Source: Chloroflexota bacterium (GTDB taxonomy: Bacteria; Chloroflexota; Limnocylindria; Limnocylindrales; CSP1-4). Taken from it: a stretch of DNA of 64,000 nucleotides. Below, piece by piece: positions 39,769 to 50,395 of this stretch. The DNA lies in assembly GCA_040755495.1 (NCBI GenBank), contig JBFMAT010000014.1:7764-71763 (forward strand), read 5' to 3'. The notes under the pieces were generated by a model, which was not told the origin of the DNA, searched no databases, and saw only the letters and a list, made by a program, of their open reading frames with translations. Within the stretch, counting starts at the first letter, position 1; each line of letters opens with the position of its first letter. Made by a program: the position numbers and the translations under genes.

Positions 39769-40736
39769 GCGTCGCGGCGCCCATCCCGTGGGAGGAGCGC
39801 GCCGCGGGCTCCGCCGCGGTCGTCTGGCGGTCGAGCCGCAACCCGATCATCCCGCGCGACCTGCTGCCCCGCTCGAACAGCATCTTCAACTCGGCGGTGG
39901 TCCCGTTCCGCGACGGGTTCGCCGGCGTGTTCCGGGTGGACGACACCGTCCGGACCATGAACGTCCACGCCGGCCGCAGCCGCGACGGCGTCGCCTGGGA
40001 CATCGACCCCGCGCCGATCCGGTTCCTGCCGGCGGACGACCGGGTCCGCGAGATCCAGGCGACGTTCACGCACGCCTACGACCCCCGGGTGACGTGGCTC
40101 GAGGACCGCTGGTACGTGACCTGGTGCAACGGGTATCACGGGCCGACGATCGGGATCGCGTGGACGCACGACTTCGAGACGTTCCACCAGCTGGACAACG
40201 CGTTCCTGCCGTTCAACCGCAACGGCGTGCTGTTCCCGCGCCGGATCGGCGACCGCTACCTGATGCTCAACCGGCCCAGCGACAACGGGCACACCGCGTT
40301 TGGCGACATCTACCTCTCGGAGAGCCCGGACCTCGTCCACTGGGGTCGCCACCGGCACGTGCTGGGTCCCGTGCCCTGGACCTGGGAGTCCACGAAGGTC
40401 GGCCCCGGCCCGACGCCCATCGAGACCGACGAAGGCTGGCTGCTGATCTACCACGGCGTCCTGACGTCGTGCAACGGGTTCGTCTACTCGATGGGGGCGG
40501 CGCTGCTGGACCTCGACCAGCCGTGGCGGGTCATCGGCCGCGGCCGCGACTACCTCCTCTCGCCGCAGGTGGCGTACGAGCAGGTGGGGGACGTGCCCAA
40601 CGTGGTGTTCCCCTGCGCCGCGCTCGTCGACCGGGACGCGGACCGGGTGTCGATCTACTACGGGGCCGCGGACACCGTGACCTGCCTCGCCCACGCGCAC
40701 CTGTCCGAGCTGGTGGCCTTCGCCCGCGGCCGGTGA
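39765..40736 (+). CDS. Glycoside hydrolase family 130 (beta-mannoside/glycoside phosphorylase)
   Basis: [21 protein letters not shown]...[19 protein letters not shown]...GWLLIYHGV matches the GH130 beta-propeller signature. GTGA overlap with bglB. Confidence 0.75.
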   Translation: MSVAAPIPWEERAAGSAAVVWRSSRNPIIPRDLLPRSNSIFNSAVVPFRDGFAGVFRVDDTVRTMNVHAGRSRDGVAWDIDPAPIRFLPADDRVREIQATFTHAYDPRVTWLEDRWYVTWCNGYHGPTIGIAWTHDFETFHQLDNAFLPFNRNGVLFPRRIGDRYLMLNRPSDNGHTAFGDIYLSESPDLVHWGRHRHVLGPVPWTWESTKVGPGPTPIETDEGWLLIYHGVLTSCNGFVYSMGAALLDLDQPWRVIGRGRDYLLSPQVAYEQVGDVPNVVFPCAALVDRDADRVSIYYGAADTVTCLAHAHLSELVAFARGR

Positions 40737-40989
40737 GGTCGTCACGGCGCGGTTGCGGGTCCATCGAGACTCGCGTCCGGCGAGCGCACGCGCGCCGACC
40801 GCGGAGACGTGCTCGACGACGCCGTGATGCCCGCGGTCTACGCCGTCGCCGCCGCCGATGCGGCAGCCGAGTGTGACGGGCTGTCTCCGGCGGGACGTTC
40901 GCCGAACGGCTCGCCACCGAGGGGCGTTGATGGACGCCGGCGACCAATGAGGTTCGTCCGCGGGTAGCGTCAGGAACGCGGCTTGGCGG

Positions 40990-41310
40990 TCAGGGCTGCG
41001 GCGCTGTGCTTGGCACCGGCTCGGAGCGCAGGCAGAGCGTGCCATCCGGCCGCTGGAACGTCGCGTCGGTTCCTTCCGGGCAACTCCCACTCCCGCGAAC
41101 CCAGGCGACAACGACGTGGGAGTGCGGGCCGGAGCACGGAACGCTCCTGGTCACCCAGTCGCCGTCCGGCGTCCGGTAGTTCACGCACGATCCGTCCGGG
41201 AAGGTCTCGGCGATCGCATCTCGGCAGGCCGCGACGGAGCCGGCCAGCAGCACGGCCGCGGGGCAGACACGCGAACGGCGCACCGGTCCCACCCGTCGTC
41301 GGCTGACCAT
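40990..41310 (-). CDS. Small Cys-rich secreted protein (signal peptide; 6 Cys)
   Basis: MVSRRRVGPVRRSRVCPAAVLLAGSVAAC signal-like N-terminus, then spaced Cys residues. 106 aa. Confidence 0.4.
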   Translation of the reverse strand: MVSRRRVGPVRRSRVCPAAVLLAGSVAACRDAIAETFPDGSCVNYRTPDGDWVTRSVPCSGPHSHVVVAWVRGSGSCPEGTDATFQRPDGTLCLRSEPVPSTAPQP

Positions 41311-41588
41311 TACGCCGCCCCTGGCGTGCGGTTCGGAGCGCGGCGGCGCAGCGAGATGAACACGGCGACGGACACGACGAGCGACACGAGGCCGCCGACG
41401 ACCGGCACCCACAGGTCGTAGCCCGGGGCAGCGAGCGCCGTCAGCGTGACCAGCACGAGGTAGAGGACGAACGCGGTGACGAACGGACTCGAACCGACGC
41501 GCGGCCATCTCGGCGACAGGGCTACGACCAAGACGCCCACGAGGATCGGTAGGGCGATCTGCCCGAGGATGACCCACAAGAGGTCCAT
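41310..41588 (-). CDS. Small membrane protein (3 TM), unknown
   Basis: Hydrophobic 92-aa ORF immediately upstream of the Cys-rich protein. Confidence 0.4.
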   Translation of the reverse strand: MDLLWVILGQIALPILVGVLVVALSPRWPRVGSSPFVTAFVLYLVLVTLTALAAPGYDLWVPVVGGLVSLVVSVAVFISLRRRAPNRTPGAA

Positions 41589-41755
41589 CGTCTCTCACGC
41601 CCCCACTTCGCGCTGCGCGCAACGGCGCTCGCCTGACCTGATCGTCCGCTGTCGCCCTGGGATGGTCAAGGCGCCGTTCTTCCTGTGCCGTGGTCCCGAA
41701 CCTCAACCCCCTGGGGAACACGGCGGCTCCGGCAGGCCGGACCTAGCAACGGTCC

Positions 41756-42232
41756 TCACACTCGGCTGCCGCATCGGCGCCGCCGTCCTCGGATCAGCGC
41801 GTGCGCGGCAGCGACGGCGAACCCGACTGCCGCGCCCACGACCACTGCGGTCAGGAGCGCCCACCCATCCAGCGGTCGGGGCACCGAGAGCCATTGACCG
41901 AGTGAGTCCAACCCCTCGAGCGTGCGCGGCCACAGGGCCAGGAACAGGACACCGCCCGCCACGGCCCCAATGGCCGTTGAGGCGACGGAATCGAGCCGGT
42001 CACGAGGTCCAACGGGAACGAGCACGACGAGCGCGAGTGCGATGGTCAGTGCGAGCGCGGGTGTCCCGAGCCCGACGCTAGAGAACAGGCCCGTGTGCAT
42101 CGCACACTCGACCTCGGTGACGTTGAGGGGGCCGAGGCACATCGCCACGCCGCCCCCGCCGACCGTGAGCGCGACGGGAGCGCCGAGCAGCACGGCGATT
42201 GCCGCGACGACGAGGCGGCTGTAATGGCGCAT
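41756..42232 (-). CDS. Membrane protein, unknown
   Basis: Hydrophobic ORF. The start was chosen at MRHYSRLVVAAIAVLL. Confidence 0.35.
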   Translation of the reverse strand: MRHYSRLVVAAIAVLLGAPVALTVGGGGVAMCLGPLNVTEVECAMHTGLFSSVGLGTPALALTIALALVVLVPVGPRDRLDSVASTAIGAVAGGVLFLALWPRTLEGLDSLGQWLSVPRPLDGWALLTAVVVGAAVGFAVAAAHALIRGRRRRCGSRV

Positions 42233-42341
42233 GCCTCCACCATCCTTGCGACCGGGCCTGTGGTCAATGCAGAGCATCCCGCAACGGCGACGCGGTGGTG
42301 CGTGGCATGAACCCCATCAGGATCTGGACCGCCCGCGCCAC

Positions 42342-43097
42342 TCAGCTCCCGACGCCTCGGGGCGCGCCAGGCAGCACGTGCGTCCGGGCCCCCGCGACAT
42401 CGACCCACAGGATGCTCGAGCCCGGCCACGGCATCGTCGAGGTGGTGAGCGCGGCGTAGGCGTCCCTCGTCCGGGCGGGGTAGGCCGCGCGGAACGTGTT
42501 CGGCAGCGCGCGCACGAGTGCCCGGGTCTCCGCCGTGGACCGGAGCAGCAGGAGCCGGGACGCGGGCGGCGGGGCGACGACGTCCGCCCACGGCCAACCG
42601 CGGGCCGACGGCAGTGCGTCCGCCTTCTCGCCGGCCCACCGCAGCTGCTGCTCGACGACCCGGAGCGAGCCGTGCCCCTCGCCGGCGACCAGCTGGTTCG
42701 TGCCGCGGTCCTGGAGGACGAGATCGACCACACCGCGAACCGGGCGATAGACAGCGACCTCGAGGCGTGCGATCCAGCGGACATCGAGGATCCCGAGCAG
42801 CGCCTCGATCATCCGGACCTGGACGTGATCGCGGACCCGTGGGCCGGTGGACTCGTAGAGGCGGAGCGACACGTCGCGACCGAGGGCGGTGGCGATGGCG
42901 ACCATCGCGTCGAGGCTTGGGTCGCGCTCCGCGCGCTCGATGCGGCGGAGGTGGGCGGGATCGAGGCCGGTGGCCCGGCCGAGCGCCCGCAGTGACAGGC
43001 CCGCGTCGAGCCGCGCCGCCCGGTACTGGTCACCCACCGTGCGGGCCATCGCCACCTGGCGGTCTGCGATCGTCCGTTCCAGCTCCGAGTTGCCCAT
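42342..43097 (-). CDS. XRE-family helix-turn-helix transcriptional regulator with C-terminal domain of unknown function
   Basis: RLDAGLSLRALGRATGLDPAHLRRIERAERDPSLDAMVAIATALG is an HTH_XRE. 251 aa. Confidence 0.65.
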   Translation of the reverse strand: MGNSELERTIADRQVAMARTVGDQYRAARLDAGLSLRALGRATGLDPAHLRRIERAERDPSLDAMVAIATALGRDVSLRLYESTGPRVRDHVQVRMIEALLGILDVRWIARLEVAVYRPVRGVVDLVLQDRGTNQLVAGEGHGSLRVVEQQLRWAGEKADALPSARGWPWADVVAPPPASRLLLLRSTAETRALVRALPNTFRAAYPARTRDAYAALTTSTMPWPGSSILWVDVAGARTHVLPGAPRGVGS

Positions 43098-43447
43098 GGT
43101 CCTGCCTCCCTGCCGGCGGGCGTGGACCCACAGTCAATGACATCGCGCATGGCTGCGGCTTATCGGGCTTTGGGGGCGGGTTCTCGCGGTTTCGGGGACC
43201 CATGGTCCACGGGATCGGGAATCACGGCGCGGCCGGGGGCCGGTCTCGCGGTCTCATGGACTGACAGTCCACGGCGGCGCCAGAGGGGCGGTGGCGGAGG
43301 GGCGGCCGGGCCAGAGGGCTGAGTGCGGCCGGGCCGAAGGGGCGGTGGCGGAGAGCGGTGAGCGCGGCGAACGGCCCGGTCGAACGGCGGCCGGCCCGGT
43401 CGAACGGCCCCGTCGACGAGCCGAGGGGCGAGCACCCGCCCCGGCGG

Positions 43448-44908
43448 CTACCCCTCGGGCACCCCGGGCAGGGCGCCCGTCAACCCGAACGGTGCCCCCG
43501 CCTCGCGGACGCGGTCGGCCATCGCGGCCACCACGGCCGGGTCCAGCTCCGGCAGGCGGTGGGTCGCCTCGATCTCCGCCACGCGGGCCCGGGCACGCCC
43601 GAAGGCGTCGAGGCCGCCGGCGTCGAGCCAGGCCCGCCGCGAGCTGCGGTCGATGATCCCGGACGGCAGGAACTGCTCGCCCCGGAACAGGCGCCGCGTG
43701 TCCTCCAGCTCCAGGAACCGGCCCTCGGGACCGGCCGCCTCGAAGAACGCCGTCGCGAGCGTCTCGGTCGGGGTGCCCACGCCGCGCAGCAGCCGCTGGA
43801 CCATGCCGATCGCATCCGCGTCGATGACCAGCTTCTCCGCGCTCTGGGCGAGCAGGAAGTCGAGCATCCCGGCCCCCGAGATCATGTCGATCCCGGCGAG
43901 GCCGCCGACGAGCGCCGTCATCCCGGTCTCGAGGCCGGCCTGCGCGTCGATCACCTTCGCGTCCGTCGCGCCCAGGTAGCCGTGGACCGGCAGGCCCAGC
44001 GACTTGCCCACGGCCGCGTACCCGGCGTCGATCAGCGCCGTCTCGATGGCGCCCATCGGCGTGGAGCCGGTCCGCATGTCCACGATCGTCGGGGCACCGC
44101 CCCACACGATCGGGCCGCCGGGCGCGGCGAGCTGGTGGAGGACGATGCCGGCCAGCGTCTCGGCGGCGTGCTGGACGATTGCCCCGACCAGGGTCACGGG
44201 CGCCGCCACGCCGGCCAGGGGCATGGAGATCAGCTCCGCCGGGACGTGCGCCCGACCGAGGTCGATGACGTTGCGGCAGGCGAACTCGGACCAGGTCAGC
44301 GGCGGCGACGGGCAGACGTCGAACACGGCCCGCGGGCGCTCGGCGAGCGCGTCCCGGCCGCCGGCGTCGATCGCGAGCAGCTCCAGCATCACGCCGGATC
44401 CCCGGGCGCTGAACGCCCCGGTCACGATCGGCTTGGACGAGTGGAGGAGCACCACGAACAGCCGGTACAGGTCGCCGATCTCGGTCGGCACGTCGTGGCA
44501 CACGACCGCCGTCGACACCGCGTCGTACGCGGGGAGCGCGTCCGCGACTTGGATCAGCCGGGCGAGGTCGGCGGCCTGCGACGTCCGGGTGTCGAGCGTC
44601 GCGGGGTCCAGCACGGCCACCCCGGACGAGCCGGGGTCGAAGTGGACGGCGCCCGTGCCGTAGCGGACGGCCGCACGCCCGGCCCGGTCGAACAGGTCGA
44701 ACGAGTGCGGGACGGTGTCCAGCGCCCGGCGGACCATCGCCTCGGGGATCGCGATCCGGTCCCCGGCCGCGGTGGCGCCGGCGCCGGTCAGCAGCGCGAC
44801 CGCCTCCGGCTCCTCGACCCGGATCCCGGGCCTGCGGAGCAGCTGCAGGGCCTCGTCGAGGATGCGCTCGATGAGGGCCGGATCGAGGAGCTCGAAGCGG
44901 GGCCGCAT
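43448..44908 (-). CDS. MttB-family (trimethylamine methyltransferase superfamily) non-pyrrolysine methyltransferase, paralog 1
   Basis: 486 aa, uninterrupted (no in-frame TAG), full-length MttB-like TIM-barrel sequence. The start ATG overlaps the upstream stop. Confidence 0.85.
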   Translation of the reverse strand: MRPRFELLDPALIERILDEALQLLRRPGIRVEEPEAVALLTGAGATAAGDRIAIPEAMVRRALDTVPHSFDLFDRAGRAAVRYGTGAVHFDPGSSGVAVLDPATLDTRTSQAADLARLIQVADALPAYDAVSTAVVCHDVPTEIGDLYRLFVVLLHSSKPIVTGAFSARGSGVMLELLAIDAGGRDALAERPRAVFDVCPSPPLTWSEFACRNVIDLGRAHVPAELISMPLAGVAAPVTLVGAIVQHAAETLAGIVLHQLAAPGGPIVWGGAPTIVDMRTGSTPMGAIETALIDAGYAAVGKSLGLPVHGYLGATDAKVIDAQAGLETGMTALVGGLAGIDMISGAGMLDFLLAQSAEKLVIDADAIGMVQRLLRGVGTPTETLATAFFEAAGPEGRFLELEDTRRLFRGEQFLPSGIIDRSSRRAWLDAGGLDAFGRARARVAEIEATHRLPELDPAVVAAMADRVREAGAPFGLTGALPGVPEG

Positions 44909-46443
44909 CAGCCGGCCCCGGCTGGAGCGCCCGGGGCGCCGGCCCCCGTGCCCGAGGCGCCGGCCGCCGCGCCGTCCAGTGCCCGTGCCTCGTGCGCGTC
45001 CACGAGCGCCGCGAGCTCCGCGTCGAGCGCCGGGTCCAGCCGCGGCGGCTCGTGCTCGCGGAGCAGCGTCCGGGCCCGCTCCAGCGCCGCCCGGTGCGGC
45101 GCGTCGGGGTCCTCCTCCCACTGGCCGTACGGCCGGCGATCCATGAACCGGGTCTGCCACAGCGAGCGCATGTGGGTCCGCGTGTGCGGCGACGTCAGGT
45201 ACTCGCCGCCCGGCCCGACCTCGCGGATGACGTCGAGCGCCAGGGCCTCGTCGTCGAGCGGGATGCCGCGCAGCATCGCCGCGACGATCCCGGCGATCTC
45301 CGTGTCCAGCAGCAACTGCTCGTAGGACCAGATCCGGGACCCGTGGAGCAGCCCGGCGCCCAGCAGCATGTCGGACCCGACCACGGAGGCCATGAACGCG
45401 GACAGGCCGTTCTCCACGCCGGCCTGCCAGTCGGGGCGCTTGGCGCCCGTGGCGTAGGCACCCATCGACAGGGGCACGTCGTAGAAGTCGGCCAGCTGGT
45501 TGGTCGCGGCGCCGAACAGGAAGTCCTCCGGGCCGCCGCCGGTGTAGGCGCCGGAGCGGAGGTCCATGGCGGTCTGGGCGGCCGCGTAGTACACGGGCGA
45601 GCCCGGGTAGGCGAGCTGCATCAGGGCCATCGCCGAGACGACCTCGGCGTTGCCGACGACCAGCGAGCCCGCGACGGTGGCCGGGCCGCTGAACGCGCAC
45701 GAGGCCATGGTCATGAACCCGACCGGGACCCCGTGTTCCGCGGCGACCAGCGCCGCCTCGATCGCCCCGCCGTCCTGGGCGAGCGGGCTGATCGTGCACT
45801 GCATCATCGACAGCACCGGCCGCTCGCGCAGCGCGGCGTGGCCGCCCGCGATCGCCGCCGCCATCTCGATCGCCGTACGCGCGTCCTCGGGCGTCACGAT
45901 GCTCTCGGTCTGGACGTGCTTGGACGAGTTGCGCCACACGGCGAGCACCTCGTCCAGCGAGCGGCGCTCCGGGGCCGCGTCCTGGGCCGACACCGCGACC
46001 CAGTGGAACGCGATCTCGGGCAGGGCATCGGCGACGCGCGCGATGTCGGCCACGTCCGCCAGGGCCGAGCGACGGCGCTCGCCCGTCCAGGCGTCGAGGA
46101 CCTCGATCGCGCAGCCGTCGGTGCCCAGGTGGACATGCCGGCCGTCGAGCGGCAGGTCGCGCGCCGGGTCTCGCGCGGCGAGCGTGTACGCGGCCGGGGC
46201 GCTGCGCAGCGCGGCCTCGATGACGTCGGCCGGCACGCGCACCACGGACGTGGCGCGGTCCACCGTCGCGCCGTGGGCCTCCCAGAGGTCCAGGGCGCGC
46301 GCCGACGGGAAGCGCACCCCGGTGGTCTCGATGACCGCAAGGGTGGCCTCGTGGATCCGGCGCACGTCGGCCGGGGACAGGACCTCGAGGCGCGGCCGGG
46401 CGACGGGACCGGCCTCGGTCCGGACGGGGGTGATCGTCGCCAT
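44908..46443 (-). CDS. MttB-family non-pyrrolysine methyltransferase, paralog 2
   Basis: 511 aa, uninterrupted, homologous to paralog 1 along its full length (for example LSPADVRRIHEATLAVIE vs LDPALIERILDEALQLL). Confidence 0.85.
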   Translation of the reverse strand: MATITPVRTEAGPVARPRLEVLSPADVRRIHEATLAVIETTGVRFPSARALDLWEAHGATVDRATSVVRVPADVIEAALRSAPAAYTLAARDPARDLPLDGRHVHLGTDGCAIEVLDAWTGERRRSALADVADIARVADALPEIAFHWVAVSAQDAAPERRSLDEVLAVWRNSSKHVQTESIVTPEDARTAIEMAAAIAGGHAALRERPVLSMMQCTISPLAQDGGAIEAALVAAEHGVPVGFMTMASCAFSGPATVAGSLVVGNAEVVSAMALMQLAYPGSPVYYAAAQTAMDLRSGAYTGGGPEDFLFGAATNQLADFYDVPLSMGAYATGAKRPDWQAGVENGLSAFMASVVGSDMLLGAGLLHGSRIWSYEQLLLDTEIAGIVAAMLRGIPLDDEALALDVIREVGPGGEYLTSPHTRTHMRSLWQTRFMDRRPYGQWEEDPDAPHRAALERARTLLREHEPPRLDPALDAELAALVDAHEARALDGAAAGASGTGAGAPGAPAGAG

Positions 46444-46445
46444 CG

Positions 46446-47111
<666 letters not shown>

Positions 47112-47171
47112 CGGTCTCTCCTCGTGGTCCGGGTCCCGGATGGTGGGTCGTAGTTGGGGATTGGCTGGGCG

Positions 47172-48627
47172 TCAGGGGATGGGCGTGGCGCGCATGGTGG
47201 CCTCGGCGCGCTCGAGGATGCCGGCGATGGCCGTCGCGGCCTCGCCGGGGAGTGGCGGCGGCTTGTGGGCCGCGAGCAGCTCGTCCACGCGGGCGGCCGC
47301 GCGCTCGCCCATCGTACGGGCACCCTTCGCGCGCCACGCGGAGTGGCTGAGCCGGTCGATCAGCGAGGGGTACCAGCGCTCCCGGTAGTGGGCGAGCGTG
47401 TGGTCCGCCTCGAGGAACGACCCGTCCGGGCCGAGCGCGTCGATGAGGTCCAGCGACAGCGTCTCGTCGTCGATCCGGACGGGCGCGATCGCCGCCCGGA
47501 TCCAGGCCGCGATCTCGTCGCAGATCACGAGCTGGGCGAGCGAGCCGGTCAGGCCGGACTCGAGGTAGCCGGAGTCGTGGAGCAGGTGACCGCCGGCCAG
47601 CGCGTCCACGAGCATCGTGAGCGCGGCCTCCGCCGCCGCCTGCTGGTCGACGACCTTGCTGTCGGCGCCGCCGGCGAGGCTGAACATCGGCAGCCCGTAG
47701 TGGTGTGCCAGCGATGGCGCCACGCCCCGGTGATCGGGCTCGGCGTAGGGGTCCACCATCGTCCGCAGGTCCAGCGCGTCACCGCCGAACCCCGGCACGA
47801 TGATCGGGGTGCCCTTCCGGACGAGCTGCGACAGGACGATCCCGACCAGCACGCCGGCCTGGTTGAGCGCCATGTTGCCCGCGGTCGTCACCGGGCCCGT
47901 CGTGCCGCCCGACGTCACCGGCACCCAGATCGCCGGCAGCCCGCGCGCCGCGAGGATCAGCAGCTTGCGCAGCGAGTCGCCGTTCTGGACGAGGCCCCGG
48001 GTCACGTTGACGTAGAGCGCGATCTGCGGCCGCTCGCGGAGCGCGTCCGGCCCGCCGGCCACCGCCTCCGCCATCGCGATCGCGTCCGCCATGGCGTCCA
48101 CGTCGTAGGTCACGACCACCAGCGGCTTGCTCGTCCGCTCCAGCATCACCGCCATCTGGCGCCGGTCGGCCATCGCCGGGTCCACGTCGGACGGCAGGAA
48201 CATCGACATCGCGAAGTCCATGTTGGGCAGCGCATCGACCAGCGCCATGCCATCGCGGACGTCGGACAGGACCGCGAGCCGGCGCTCCCCGGTGCGGTGG
48301 TCGAGCACGTTGAGGCAATCCGATCCCGGGCCGAAGAAGACGTTGTCGCCCTCCACGGCGAGCGCGGCGCGGCCCGCGCGGTCGTGGAGCGTGATCGAGC
48401 GGGGGGCGACCGAGAGCGCCCAGTCCACGAGCGACCCGGGCACGAACACGCGGCCGTCGTCGCCCACCCGGGCGCCCGCGCCGTGCAGCCGCTCGACGGC
48501 CTCGGCGTCGTGGAGCCGGGCCCCGGTCCGCTCCAGGATCGACACCGCGGCGTCGTGGAGGCGCGCGGAATCCGCCGGGGTCAACCGGTCGTAGCGCGGC
48601 GATCGGGACGCCGTCGGATCCGGGGCG
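47172..48627 (-). CDS. MttB-family non-pyrrolysine methyltransferase, paralog 3
   Basis: About 485 aa from the GTG at 48627 (GGAGG RBS 5 nt upstream), uninterrupted. N-terminus YDRLTPADSARLHDAAVSILE is homologous to the other two paralogs. Confidence 0.8.
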
Positions 48628-48770
48628 TGCAGGAGCACGGACGCCTCCCGCGAAGGGGTCGATGGCGTGCAGCGTCCCGCGTCCGGGCCCGCCCGCGATA
48701 GGGCGGAAGGTCCCCCCCGAAGGGTCCGACGGACCATCCGGCGTCGGGGCCGGCAGGCGAGACTGTCCCC

Positions 48771-50386
48771 CGATGCCCGACCTGGTCCACGGGCGCGAGC
48801 GACGTCCGCTCGTGTCCGGCCATACGCTGTTCGAGGAGGCCGACGAGCTGTCGGTCGTCGTCCCCGCGTCCTGCCAACGCCTCGGACGCTGTCACGAGTG
48901 CGTCGTCGAGGTGCGGGCGGGCGGCGACCTCCTCTCGCCCCGGACCGATGCGGAGGCATTCCTGAGCGGTGCCTTCCGCCTGGCCTGCCAGGCGCGGATC
49001 GAGCACACGGACGGCGACCTGGAGTTCAACGTCCTTCGCCGCCGGCTGCGCATCCTGCTGGCGCCCGAGGGCGAGACGGCCGACGTGGACCCGCCGGTGC
49101 ACCGCCGGGGGAATCGCGTCGTGCGCGACGGCGGCGTGGACCTGGGCACCTGGTTCGGGCGCCTGCTGGGCCTCGCCGTGGACGTGGGCACGACGACGAT
49201 CGTGCTTGAGCTGGTGGACCTCGAGACGGGCGAGACCGCGGCCTCGGCGGCGCTCGAGAACCCGCAGCGCTACGGCGGCAGCGACGTCATGAGCCGCATC
49301 TCGTACGAGGCGACGTTCCCGGGCCAGCTGCGCCAGTCGCTCCGGCGCGCGCTCAACCACGAGATCCGGCGGCTGTGCTCGATGCTGGGTGTTGACCGCC
49401 GGGCGATCGTCGAGGCGGTGCTCGTGGGCAACACCACGATGCGCGACCTCGCGTTCGGGCTGGACGTCGCGCCCATCGGCCGGCTGCCGTACCGGAGCAC
49501 CACGGAGGCGGCGGCGAGGGTCGTCGGCGCGCGCAGCACCCGCGTCGTCAAGCACGCCTACGAGCTGGGGCTGCTGATGCACCCACGGGGCCGGGTCATC
49601 GGGGCGCCGATCATCGCCAGCCACGTCGGGGCGGACGCGGCCGCGGACCTGGTGGCCGTGGGGGCGATCCACCACCGCGAGCCGTTCCTGCTGATCGACA
49701 TCGGGACCAACACGGAGGTCATCGCGAGCGACGGCCGGCGGATGGTCGCCGCCTCCAGCCCCGCCGGGCCCGCGTTCGAGGGTGGCGGCGTGCGACACGG
49801 CATGGCCGGAGCGGACGGGGCGATCGAGGCCGTCCGGCTCGTGGACGGGCGGCTCGAGACGCGTACGATCGGCGGCGTGGAGCCCGAGGGGATCTGCGGG
49901 TCCGGCCTGGTCGACCTGCTGGCGGTGCTGCGCCGGTCGGGGAAGCTGACCGCGCGCGGCGGCTTCGCGGACGGCACCCGCGAGACCGAGGTCGTGCCAG
50001 CGCGCGGGATCGTGCTCACGACGGCGGACGTCGCGCACCTGGCGGTGGCCAAGGCGGCCACGGCCGTGGGGCAGCGGGTCCTGCTGCGGACCCTGGGCCT
50101 CGCCCCGTCGGACCTGCGCCACGTGTACCTCGCCGGCGGCTTCGCCAACGCGCTCGACGTCTCCGCCTCGATCGACATCGGGCTGCTGGTGCCGGTGGAG
50201 CCGTCCCGGGTCGTGCGGGCCGGCAACGCGTCGGTCGCCGGGGCCAAGGCCTTCCTGCTGTCGCGCCGCCGGCGCGCGGAGCTCGAGTCGGCGGTCCGCC
50301 GGATCGACCACGTGGAGCTCGAGTCCGAGCCGGACTTCTTCGACCTGTTCACCGACGGCTGCATGTTCGAGCCGATCACCGCCTGA
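48771..50386 (+). CDS. Corrinoid reductive activation protein (RACo/RamA-like: N-terminal 2Fe-2S ferredoxin + ASKHA ATPase)
   Basis: CQRLGRCHEC ferredoxin-type Cys cluster, then a DVGTTTIVLELVD sugar-kinase/Hsp70/actin-fold phosphate-1 motif. About 538 aa. Confidence 0.75.
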
Positions 50387-50395
50387 GGGACCCCG

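Noticed and set aside
48628-48770. Possible cobalamin riboswitch upstream of the corrinoid methyltransferase operons
   Set aside because: No B12-box (GCCACTG-like) or conserved riboswitch stems are apparent. The region is only about 140 bp.
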